Part shown: positions 1 through 15,488 of the stretch, piece after piece | Layout of the letters: the number at the start of each line of letters is the position of its first letter | How positions within the stretch are numbered: the first letter of the stretch is position 1 | Assembly (NCBI GenBank): GCA_013115125.1 | Contig: JABANN010000123.1 | Coordinates: 47,645 to 67,644 of the forward strand | From: Perkinsus olseni | Taxonomy: Eukaryota | Reading direction: 5' to 3' | Length of the DNA: 20,000 bases | Notes under the pieces: model-generated | Told to the model about the DNA's origin: nothing | The model's input: only the letters and a program-made list of their open reading frames with translations | Database searches by the model: none | Translations under genes and position numbers: made by a program

Positions 1-1250
1 ACCCTATCCGTGAGACTGCGAACTCAAAACCCTTGGGCGCAGCTATGGAAGCGAAAGATGTTGGGAATGAGTTTCCTTGATTACTCGGAGAACAGAGTTC
101 AACCGTGCTACAGAAATTCCTCGGAATCAATCCTGTCGAGCTGAGCGAACGGAACTTGAGTAATACAGCAGGACAAGCACGAGGTGCGCGGAGGAGAGTC
201 CCGTCCTGCCTAGTGCGATGAATAATACTCATTGAATGACAACTAAACGTTCGTAACGTAACGTTCGTTGCTTTGACCAGAGGAACTTAGCCTGACAACT
301 CCATTGTAGTCCTCCCTCTACTTCATTCCATTAGATGGTCTACAGACCGCGAGAAGATAATACACAGGCACGAGACGGCCAATCCTGAATAGACACCGCT
401 TTAGAAGTGGCGCTTTTCTCCGAGCCGCTTGTAGTGGCCCCCTAGTAGGCCCCCCCAGTCATGTGACTTCGAATCACTGCTTTGGAGTTTCACCTGTTTA
501 ACGCGTAAAACAGTTAAACGCGATGTGTTCTTCGCGAAGTACGCGATGTGTTGTATTGCAACAACACTTCGCGTCATAACGCGCGCGTAAACCGCTAACG
601 AAATAACGCGTCATTATGTGTTTACCGCGTTACGCGAAATGTTAAACGTGTTAAACACACACAACGCGAGGATAACTCATTAAATAAGAATAGCTGAGTC
701 ATGAAAACAAGCAGCAGAAGTTCACTTGAGCAGAGCTGGGGATAAGCCTCTCAGGATGGTTTGCGTTCTCAGATATTCTGAATCAGAATTTCCATTGATT
801 TCGATTCCCTCCATCAACAAACTGGTACTAGGCCTGCAGCTTAGTTCCTATCAGCTATATTCCTTCTGATGCTATTAATTGTGATAGCAGTGTGATTTGC
901 CCTTCACGCGTTATTGCAACGCGTTACAGATGACGATATGTTCAACACCTGGACGTTTTTCGCGTTCTGACCTCTAATATCAGCCATTTCGCGATGCGTT
1001 ATGCGTCTTACTCTAGCGTTTTGCATAACATGGGTGGAACTCCTTTGAACGTTGAACCGAGCCCGATCTCTGTCGCCTGGGCGACTCATCCCCGGATCGC
1101 ACTGCGATCATCGCGGCCCTGCCGGTGAAATGTAGAGTTAAACGTGATATACGTACATTACCTTGACCTCTCGCATACAGTAGCTGTGAGGCACTGGCTC
1201 ACCTCACGCGAGAGCCTGGGTCGCTGTTGCTCACGCCAGCCGGGAGAACT

Positions 1251-1291
1251 CGTGAATTTCGAGTGGGACATTGTCCCGCTCGAAATTCACG
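1251..1291. repeat. Inverted repeat, 20-bp arms, 1-nt spacer, 1 mismatch
   Basis: cgtgaatttcgagtgggaca-t-tgtcccgctcgaaattcacg. The right arm equals the reverse complement of the left except one A>G. Confidence 0.95.
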
Positions 1292-1334
1292 TGTGTGAAC
1301 TTTCCCGCTTGTCAAGCGGGAAAGTTCACACACG
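1290..1334. repeat. Perfect inverted repeat, 22-bp arms, 1-nt spacer
   Basis: cgtgtgtgaactttcccgcttg-t-caagcgggaaagttcacacacg, overlapping the end of the previous palindrome by 2 nt. Confidence 0.97.
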
Positions 1335-1348
1335 AAGTTAGACTAATC

Positions 1349-1435
1349 TGATTAATAATTAATCATTGATTCAAATCGGGCCGGTTTGATGAATATTATT
1401 CACTATTACTTAGTAATAATTACTATAATAGTGAA
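1349..1435. repeat. AT-rich chain of overlapping short 1-nt-spacer palindromes
   Basis: tgattaat-a-attaatca (1349-1365), tgaata-t-tattca (1390-1402), tattact-t-agtaata (1404-1418), tagtaat-a-attacta (1411-1425), and the longer-range pair ttcactatta...taatagtgaa (1399-1435). Confidence 0.9.
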
Positions 1436-1461
1436 AATCTTCACAATTACAGTGATAGTGA

Positions 1462-1506
1462 TCAACATCTTCACATTGTCACTCAGTGACAATGTGAAGA
1501 TGTTGA
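1462..1506. repeat. Perfect inverted repeat, 22-bp arms, 1-nt spacer
   Basis: tcaacatcttcacattgtcact-c-agtgacaatgtgaagatgttga. Confidence 0.97.
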
Positions 1507-2298
1507 CAGTCACTTGGCAGTGACAGTCAACGAAACTCTCGTTCGTCTAAATGCAGGACTACTACTGTAAACCTCGCAATGCGAGTCTCGCATGGGCACA
1601 AAACTAACTCAGCACGCTATCGTAGGCTTGGAGAATGTACCAGCTGCAACGTTTGGTCCCAAATTTGTATCGCAAGAATACCAGACACTTGAGATTCAGG
1701 CTCAGGCTGGAGTTGCGGCAAGGTTGCAAGCAGAGCGGTAGTTGTCACTCGAAAAACTTGACGTTTAGAAAGTGCATCGCGTTTTTGACTTCACATCGAG
1801 AGCCGCGTCCACGAACGTCAGTGTTGTCAATGCACACCTACAGGTAAGCCAGCGAGCTACATAGAATGCGGGCAATGGAACAGTGTCAACGGTCGATGAG
1901 AGTTTTCGCTACTACCTCAATAAGTGGGCCTCTAGTGTCTTCTCGTGTAGAAATAGGGATCCCTGGGCTCTGTTCTCTGCGGCAAGTGCACGGGTGAAGG
2001 AATGAAAGGATTATCGACCGACGACGTCCGGGGTCTCCCCGGTGGCAGAACGGGCCGTGGCGACGCTCCTGGTCTCTGACCCACGGTATCCCACAGCACT
2101 GTCGTACTCTCTTCGAGCTGATCCCAGGGGATCGGGTCTTGAGCCTCAGCGTGCTGTGACTGAACCAAGGAGAGCGGGAGGAGTGAGAGCTGCTACCAAT
2201 GAAGTAGCGCAGTGGGTAGCATTTGCGATAGTTTTGAATATCTCTGTCTCTCATACGGGACTACTTACACCTGGATCACCCCGCATCCAGTGCTCTTC

Positions 2299-2337
2299 GC
2301 GGCTGCGGCTGCGGCTGCGGCGCGGACTGCGACTGCG
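2299..2337. repeat. Short (GCGGCT)n microsatellite, degenerating at the 3' end
   Basis: gcggct x3 + gcggc, then gcggact gcgact gcg. Confidence 0.8.
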
Positions 2338-3180
2338 CGACAATCGGCGAACATGCGATCCAGACCTCGGCCGGGAGTTGTCCCAGCTGAGAACGAGGGG
2401 AAAAGGATTTGAGTTATAGTTCAACACTCGTGAGTGAACGACACATGCTATGGGGAAACGCTCGTACAAGATTACGAACTACAGCTCATGACCAACCTCC
2501 TTTCGCTGAGTCGATCGGTCTCTTGCTTCGGCATAAGCGGCAACGGAGCCAACACGCGTTCAGGAGGTCGGATCCCAACCGCTGCTCTGAAGAGCGCAAC
2601 AACGGAAGAGTCTGCCATTGTACGCTGCGCAGCCTGATGAGAAGGACAACTCGGCCAGACCCAAGAAAATCTACTAGCTCACATCTAAAAGACGGTGTAA
2701 GCCGTTATCTACGCAGCCACCATCTTCTTGTACTGCATCGGTGAAGTTCTGGCCAAACACCTTGTACGCCCGTACCGCGTCGGACACCGACGGATCGGCA
2801 GTATCCGTTCCGGCTCTATACACCACGCCGCATTTCCACCGTCCCCCACTTTCCGTCCTGTACTGCTTTTGTGGGGGTGCCATAGCGAGGGCTACTGGCA
2901 GGTCAGGGAGAGGCCTGACGAGAGACCACAAGCAACGTAATGTGAGTAGCCCCGCATGCAACATCGGAGGCGAGTCGTAGCCGTTCATGCTAGTGGCATG
3001 AATCGTACGATTCAATCGTACGAATTTCGTGGCATGATGCCACGGGTGATCAAATTCCGATACTCCGGGATCCAGATGTACGAAGGTGCTCTGGGGACAA
3101 AGATGAAAACTAGATCACGGTCCTCTGGTCGCCAAACTCGCGGCGTTGCATGCCACGTTAATCCTTATAGGAGGAAGCAA

Positions 3181-3323
3181 TTCAACGGAGTCCGTTGAAC
3201 GGACTACAATGAGCTGGTGGACCAGGGAGTCCCTGGTCCACCAGCTCATCGGTGGACGGCATCTAGGACCTACGTAGGACATCTAGGACCATCCACCAGC
3301 TTAGGGTCCCTGGCAGGGACCCT
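3181..3323. repeat. Second cluster of 1-nt-spacer palindromes, including a perfect one with 20-bp arms
   Basis: ttcaacgga-g-tccgttgaa (3181-3199); atgagctggtggaccaggga-g-tccctggtccaccagctcat (3209-3249); agggtccctg-g-cagggaccct (3303-3323). Local direct copies catctaggacc x2 and tccaccagct x2 are also present. Confidence 0.95.
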
Positions 3324-4125
3324 GCGGATGGAGCAGTTGACAGGAACTCACTGAAATATTATATAATCACTGCCAGAGTCTTCCCGGAAAGTGGATCGAA
3401 TTCTGTCCGGACTGCCATTCACCGCAGTAGGCTCGAAATGAAGCCGAGCAAGTCTCTCAATCAGCCGAGCATAGATTTGGAACCTCGAGGGATCCTTAAT
3501 TGGGAACCAGAAGATCGCCTGGTCGTGGTTATCATCGCCTTGAAAAAGCTTAGATACTCAACAAGTACTCGCGGTGCCTCTTACGTGTAGTGGCTGTCCT
3601 CCATACACCGCTGTCGTCCCAAACCAGCTGGGCAGTAGCCATTAGGGCGAGAGCAACTGATACTACACCATTCATGACTCCAAAAACCGTAGAGTAGACT
3701 TCTGAATCAGGAGTCTATCGGGGCCCGATAATCGGGCAGATGAGGCGGTTAGTTACCCACTCGAAGGTCTCAAATTAACGAGTTAAGAGGAACAGCAAAT
3801 AGTCGAGGTATCGTACGGGTCACCCGATACTTTCCGAGATTTCAAGCCTGACTCAGCATTGTATGTTGACCGAAAAGTGGTTATTGTCACCTATCCAGTG
3901 AACGCAAGCCACCGTGCATAGCCATATGTCTCAGTAGTTCCTCACCGTTACAGTTCCAGAGACGCACCGAATCATCTTGGGGCAACATCATGGGTCTTCC
4001 CTCTTTATTTTTCATATCTTCACGCGTGCGACTAGCATTACAAGTATTGCAAGATTCCAAGTTTCGGCAAGTGTTACAACACCGTAAATCGTTCAGCGCA
4101 CGCTCTACTATGTGTGTTGTCATGA

Positions 4126-5812
4126 ATGACCTGCCTCGTCAAAGTGCTTCTCCTCTACTTCGTGGAACATGCATTTTCATGTGGCTATAACCAGCGTATC
4201 TGGGCGATCTTCCCGGGTAAGAGACTGGGGCCGCGTAAACAGTCGCTGAAGGCACTAGTCCAATACCGTTGTCTGTACCTGTCTTCTGGCAGGAAGCGAT
4301 CAAGAGATGCCTGCCGTCATAACATCAGTATTCACGGATACGTTTGAGGTTGTTTGGGAGGAGTCTAGATGGTACGCAAGGTCCTGTGCTCTCACTCGGG
4401 CTCGCCACTACGGTGAGGGACCCATACTGCATGTGTTCGTTACACCCTGACCGTCTATCGCGAGAAAACTCACTCGTGCATCTATTCGACAACCCTGGAG
4501 AACTTGCTATGCAATGGAAACTATACTGCTGGGCTCGGCACACCCAGGTCCTGGAGCGATGTTCATGCGAGAGTGTAGGTATTGTCGGATCGAGGGCAAC
4601 GACAAGTCAGCATGTACAGTAAGGAAGGAGGATGCCAGGGATGAGCTCGGCCCGTGCAAGACAATTAGTGGAGGCCCCAGTTTGGACGATGAAGGCAGCA
4701 GCTCGGATGAGACGGTCCGCTGTAAGCCACCAGTCGATGAGTCTATCGTTCCCCTCCGAGGACGCCCCTGTATCTATACCTTTCATTGCAGCGTCACTTG
4801 ATGGCAATAGCGGACTGCCAACAGCTGTACTGATCTCGATACTCGGTGGTGGGCTCGTCCTGTTCTTTGTAAGTATAGTAACTCATGGTCTGGCCAAGGC
4901 TAGCCATCCTTGTAGGGAGCGGTTTACTTCTGCATGCGGAGTAGCTTGAAGCTGTCCGATTCGCCGAATAACCGAACGATGGGCCGACCAGTCGCCGAGG
5001 CACCGATCGACATCGACGGATTGGGTAGTAAGATAACTAAGCCTTCTGCTGTGCGGACTTCGGGCAAAGTAATGACTACTCTCGGCAAGCCTCGCCATTC
5101 CTCGCTGGTCATCAGGCGGCCGAAGAACCTCTGAGCGTTAGAACAACTCCTAGGTTGCCGCTGCCCGGCGAAGGACCCGCGGTAGTGGTACGTGTCGGTG
5201 TCGGCATTTGGCTCACTCAGTCGTCAGGCTCGTCGGCTTTCGGAAACACGGCGGAGTTCGCTCCCGAGTAAGTGTACTGTGGCGTTGGCTGAGTCTAGCT
5301 GCGGCTGGCCCAGGTGCAGGTCATGCGGTGGAGCAGCAGTATAGGCCTGAGCTTTACGAGAAACGTAGTAGTGCTCCTAAGACGCCTACGTGTACGACGC
5401 ACTGGTGTCTAGGCCGGCGATCCAGCGGCAGCTTGAGTACGATGGAGTACAGGCAACTAAAGGGCATATTAACAGAGTGCGCGGGAATAACAAATCTTCT
5501 TCCCTAGCGCCTTGTGTCCAGGCAAGAGAGGCGATCTAGCATAGATGTGGCCAACTTGAGAGGAGGCAGTTCGGCTAGTCTTGGTGGTAGTCGTCTGCTT
5601 CGGTCAATGCTTCGACCAGTGGCGGTCTTTCAGGTCCTCGAAGGTCGTCGGTGACTTCCGTAGTATCATCGCGACGCGGGTCTTTGGCCTCCAACGCAGC
5701 ATCGCGCCGTCCTTCTCGTGTACATCCTCTAGCCATAGACCGATTCTCGAGCTCACGAAGGGAGTCCCTGCAAGATGAGGGAGCTGCTTCCCGACGGAAC
5801 TCCCTCGGCTGA
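4126..5812 (+). CDS. Uncharacterised single-pass (type I) membrane protein, paralog A (spliced)
   Basis: Hand-spliced exons 4126-4216, 4293-4371, 4579-4721, 4792-4868 and 4916 onward give MTCLVKVLLLYFVEHAFS|CGYNQRIWAIFPGSDQEMPAVITSVFTDTFEVVWEESRWYCRIEGNDKSACTVRK...GLPTAVLISILGGGLVLFFGAVYFCMRSS. The last exon (~5634-5812) reads GPRRSSVTSVVSSRRGSLASNAASRRPSRV...SRRESLQDEGAASRRNSLG*. It is homologous exon by exon to the adjacent gene. Exons between ~5025 and 5500 are not resolved. Confidence 0.75.
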
Positions 5813-5923
5813 GGCTTCATGCCGTTCATGCGTTCTCGTTTATTGGACACTATGCAGTCGTTAATGATGATGTTGAGTTTCGGGAAAGTTGGTAGGGCCG
5901 GATTTCAGTATGTTATCCCCTTC

Positions 5924-7608
5924 ATGCAGAAAGCGTTGGTCAGAGTATTGAGTATAGGACTGGCCATCCCTAGTGTATTGGGATGCCGCTACAACGAACG
6001 CGTGCGGGCTGTATTTCAACGTAGTAGTCACGGGCCGGTGATACAGATATAGATGCAGCGTGAAGGAGCTTCTCTCCGTACTTCTCTGAGCCCTGGGACT
6101 GAGGAGTAAAAATCGATGCTTCAGGGACTGGTCAAGAGATGTCCGCTATTGTTCTCAACGTCTACCAAGACACTCTGGAGGTTGTATGGGAGGAAGCCAG
6201 ATGGTAGTAGTGGTCGGGTGAGGGGGTCGGTACTAGTGCTGTGTCTGATGCGTTGAGGAATCATCTGTGTCGTCGGTAGTGGACAGCGCCGTGTTGGAGT
6301 AATGGTCGTCACTAAGGCCGATTTATTTATCAGGTACTGCAATATTCAGGGTAACGATAAGTCGCACTGCATAGTGAAGAAGACAGAGGCTCGGAACACC
6401 CAGGGAGAGTACTGCCGTCAGCCGTCAGTAGGATCGGGTACCGATGGTGATGGGGATTTCGATGGTGGTGGAGCCGAGCTAGGTGAGAGCTGAGGACTCC
6501 TCAGCGAGGAGTCGTCAAGTAGGAGTTGTTGAATATCTTCAGATCCCTCTGGGGATGGCGGTCTCTCCAGCGTCATCGTTGTAGTCATCACAGCAGCATC
6601 TGTGCTCGTATTCTGCGTAAGGCCAGTACTGTGGCTCGCTTTGGCGACTTTTCTTCTGGCGACTCTCAGGGCTGCATCTATCTCTGCATACGCCGTAGCG
6701 CCGAGTCGCTTGACTTGAGCTCGCCTAAGAATGGGGCAGCCTACAAGCTAGGCCGAGGCTTCACGGAGACCATCTCCCGGATGTTAAAGGAAAACGACGA
6801 AGTATCACAGCACGTTCATTATCGTCGTGGGAGGGGTTTTATTTCTTCCACTACTCCGCGGCGTGGTCCGCTTGATCGCGCGTCGTAAGTTCAGCGCTGT
6901 GGAATGTTAGGTCAAGCCTGTTGTTAAGGACGCTGAGAACCCAGACCTGCCGGAGGTAACGCCAAGAATATCTATCACGCCGTCGCATTTGGATGTGAGA
7001 GCTTCGTCAGCGAAAGAGGATTCAAGGCCGAACGATGCCAGTACTCCCACTCGGGAAGGGTTAGCCGGGTTGATGGATGCCTTCAGGCCGGAAGTCTAGT
7101 GCTGCGATAAGTGGCGAGGAGATGCAGCGGATTCGAGATGCTGCGGCGTAAGGGCAGGAAGCAGGATGGGTGTCCCCTCTGTGAACCGTATTCCTAGGGC
7201 GTTGGCCGGAGCTCAGACGCTGGCTACTGACGAGTCGAGCAATGTTAGCTATCGTAACGGGGGAGCATCGGTTTCAGGTAGGAGAAGTGCATTCGGGGGT
7301 ATTCGATCTCGGAACCTTTCATCCAAATGCTGCGTGCTCCTCCCATTGAACTGATAAGTACTTTCGTAGGTTCTCGCCGAGGCTCTGTAGTACAGTCCCG
7401 ACGAGCATCGCTAGTCCCAGGGGCAGCGCCCTCCAGAAAGCTCTCGGTTGCTTCCGACAACTTCCGCATGCCTGGAGAACCTCACGTGCAGCAGCCGATG
7501 TTCTCATCCTCGCCGCCTTCAAGACGGTCGTCGCTGATTGCCGCCCGGTATGGTGGGGGATCTAGAAGGGCCTCGGCGGCACGCCCTAGTCTTCATCCAC
7601 CTGCTTAG
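5924..7608 (+). CDS. Uncharacterised single-pass (type I) membrane protein, paralog B (spliced)
   Basis: Exons 5924-6020, 6125-6203 (79 nt, same length as A exon 2), 6334-6482, 6543-6616 and 6670 onward give MQKALVRVLSIGLAIPSVLG|CRYNERVRAVFQRTGQEMSAIVLNVYQDTLEVVWEEARWYCNIQGNDKSHCIVKK...GLSSVIVVVITAASVLVFCGCIYLCIRRS. The last exon (~7371-7608) reads GSRRGSVVQSRRASLV...RKLSV...SRRSSL...SRRASAARPSLHPPA*. Intron phases match paralog A. The middle tail exons are uncertain. Confidence 0.75.
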
Positions 7609-7796
7609 CCATGTTATCTTACCGACAGCCATGTTCCAGCAGATGTCTTTGTTACCAGCTTAATGGTTGCGTTCTATTGTCGGCAAAATCCAGGGAAGGG
7701 TGGTGGCCGGTAGACCTCTACACAATGCGCGAAAATCCTATATTTCCATCCGTTCATTCGAGGGTACGTAGGGCTACTTGTAACCTTTCGTAATTT

Positions 7797-13731
<5,935 letters not shown>

Positions 13732-14060
13732 TCTGGTTGGGCAGCTCAATGTGTTATGGACAACTGTGGGGGAGTACAGGCTTGTATGAAAGTTGAAAAC
13801 ACTATTCCACCTACTACAACTAGAAGACGTAAAATGTTACGATGTTGCGTTCCTTGACTTCCATCATCACCGGTTTTGAGAGTTGCGCTGTTGTTATTGG
13901 AGGTGGTCCCGCCGATTGCAGCTGTTATTTCAAAATTTCCTCTGTTTTGTATCCGCCGGAGAGCAGCATGCAACGAAGGCGTGGCGGGTCGAGTCCGGTG
14001 AGCGGCGGACCGTCTAGCGAACTCGGTACCCCGAGCACACGCCCGCGGGCAGTGAGCATC

Positions 14061-14941
14061 ATGTCTGTGCGAGTCCTCGTGATGCTTTTCGTAAGCTCGA
14101 AAGGTCTTTTCTCCTCCCAGTCCTGTGAGTCTGGTTCGACGTTCAGGCCCTGTTCCCGATCGGAGGCATCATTCTTGCCTACTACTCTGCCATCAAGCAT
14201 GGTCAGGTAGCAACGAGCTCCGCTCATGCCGCAGCATAGTTCGCGATTGAGCTCATGCCGAAGTTCAGGTTGACTACCCCTATTTGTACATATCGACTGT
14301 TATCCAATGGGACCCTTCAAGGATTTACGGTGCCTTCGGCATGGCAATGGTGAGGTTGCATCCTTGCTTAATGCCGCTAGTCAGCATGGTTCAGTCCATG
14401 ATCTCAGGCCGCAGTCCTCTTCGGTGTGTTCGCGTACGCTCGACTGGCCTTTGTGGAGTACCGTATCGCCGCTGATGATCGGCGGACGCAGATAGCGCAA
14501 ACCATTACGAAGGCTGCCACTTTTGCTACGATTCTCGGGATGGTTGGAGTGGCGTGCATACCGTTCTATCGCATGCCCGTTACTCATCTTGTCTTCGCCG
14601 TGACCTTCTTTGTTTCGGCTGTTGTTGTTGCGGTTTGTGCGTTGTTCGTCGATTACAAAGTCACTGGAGGATGGACTACGATGATACGGGTCCGAGCTCT
14701 GCTTGTGTGTTGTACGTTACTTTTTTCGGTCATTCTGGGCCTCGTGGTTCTCTTCTGGCCCTTCGTCGGCTCGGTCATGGAAGTGCTAGCGGTTTTCTGT
14801 TGCTTCTTATTTGTCGCGACATACGCAGTCGATATGGGTGACTACGACGTGGTCGTGAACGTCCGGCGCCGGACTGGTGGCGATTGCGCCTTCAGTCCTG
14901 TGGAACTCGACGGTTTCCGCGCTACCTGCGTGAACTCGTAG
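14061..14941 (+). CDS. Frag1/DRAM/Sfk1 (TMEM150-like) multi-pass membrane protein
   Basis: Exons 14061-14090, 14147-14206, 14269-14349 and 14408-14941 splice in frame: MSVRVLVMLFALFPIGGIILAYYSAIKHGQVDYPYLYISTVIQWDPSRIYGAFGMAMAAVLFGVFAYAR...GMVGVACIPFYRMPVTHLVFAVTFF...GSVMEVLAV. It has about six hydrophobic helices and the family's YIS...P motif after TM1, the His at the start of TM4 and the Glu in TM6. Confidence 0.8.
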
Positions 14942-15430
14942 GCCCCATTGGGGATGTTTTCTCTTACGCGTGTACCATATCGCCGAGCGGGGCGTTGTGT
15001 TGAATGGGTGTGGTGCATTTATCCTAAAAGTAAAAAGATCTTCCTTACAATTTATTCAACACGAAAGGAAAACCTTTTCCAAGCTATTCATCGCGTTGGA
15101 GGTATTGCCCGCTGCAGTGATTCGGTCCATGAGGAATGCGGTAGATGCTCGCGACGGTGGCAAGCTCTGGCTAAGTAATGTTTCCGTCGTGCTTCAGAAG
15201 CGAATCCTTGACGAAACTGAACAGTCTCGTCTGACGAGAGATGCACATCGCAAAGGGAGACGAGACGGGTGTTCACAATCGCACTCAAACCGCCATGCGC
15301 ACTCAATCGGCAAGCGGAGTCTCCCCGTTGAGGACCGAGAAGGGCTGAGAATTTGGCACGGAGTTGGCATGTGCGGTGGCCGATCATTGTTCGTCTCCAA
15401 GTCGGGCGCAGGCACTGGTGTGAATGGGTC

Positions 15431-15488
15431 GGCTGGCTGGCCGTTGAACTCAACCGGCCATGGTCTCCAGTTAGTCTTGTTTCTTACT
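15431..15488 (+). promoter_or_regulatory. Conserved upstream element of GNAT copy 1 (GGCTGGCTGG at -58; CAG ending 18 nt before the ATG)
   Basis: The same motifs occur at identical spacing upstream of copy 2 (17653-17710). Any function is inferred. Confidence 0.4.

Noticed and set aside
1251-1506. CRISPR array, rho-independent terminators or MITE terminal repeats
   Set aside because: The hairpins share no repeat sequence, have no regular spacers, U-tracts or target-site duplications, and the context is eukaryotic with no cas genes.
1769-1843. VSVVNAHLQ resembling an endonuclease/exonuclease/phosphatase motif
   Set aside because: I found no accompanying GDFN or SDH motif and no consistent exon chain.
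3633-3653. Spliced-leader relic (gtagccatt; also tcttggctca near 19218)
   Set aside because: Only 9-10 contiguous bases match the dinoflagellate/perkinsid leader, which can occur by chance in 20 kb.
14970-15488. 307-aa ORF extending GNAT copy 1 upstream in frame
   Set aside because: It starts at a non-ATG codon, has no equivalent in copy 2 and runs into intron 1. The matching 249-nt first exons and signal peptides support the ATG at 15489.
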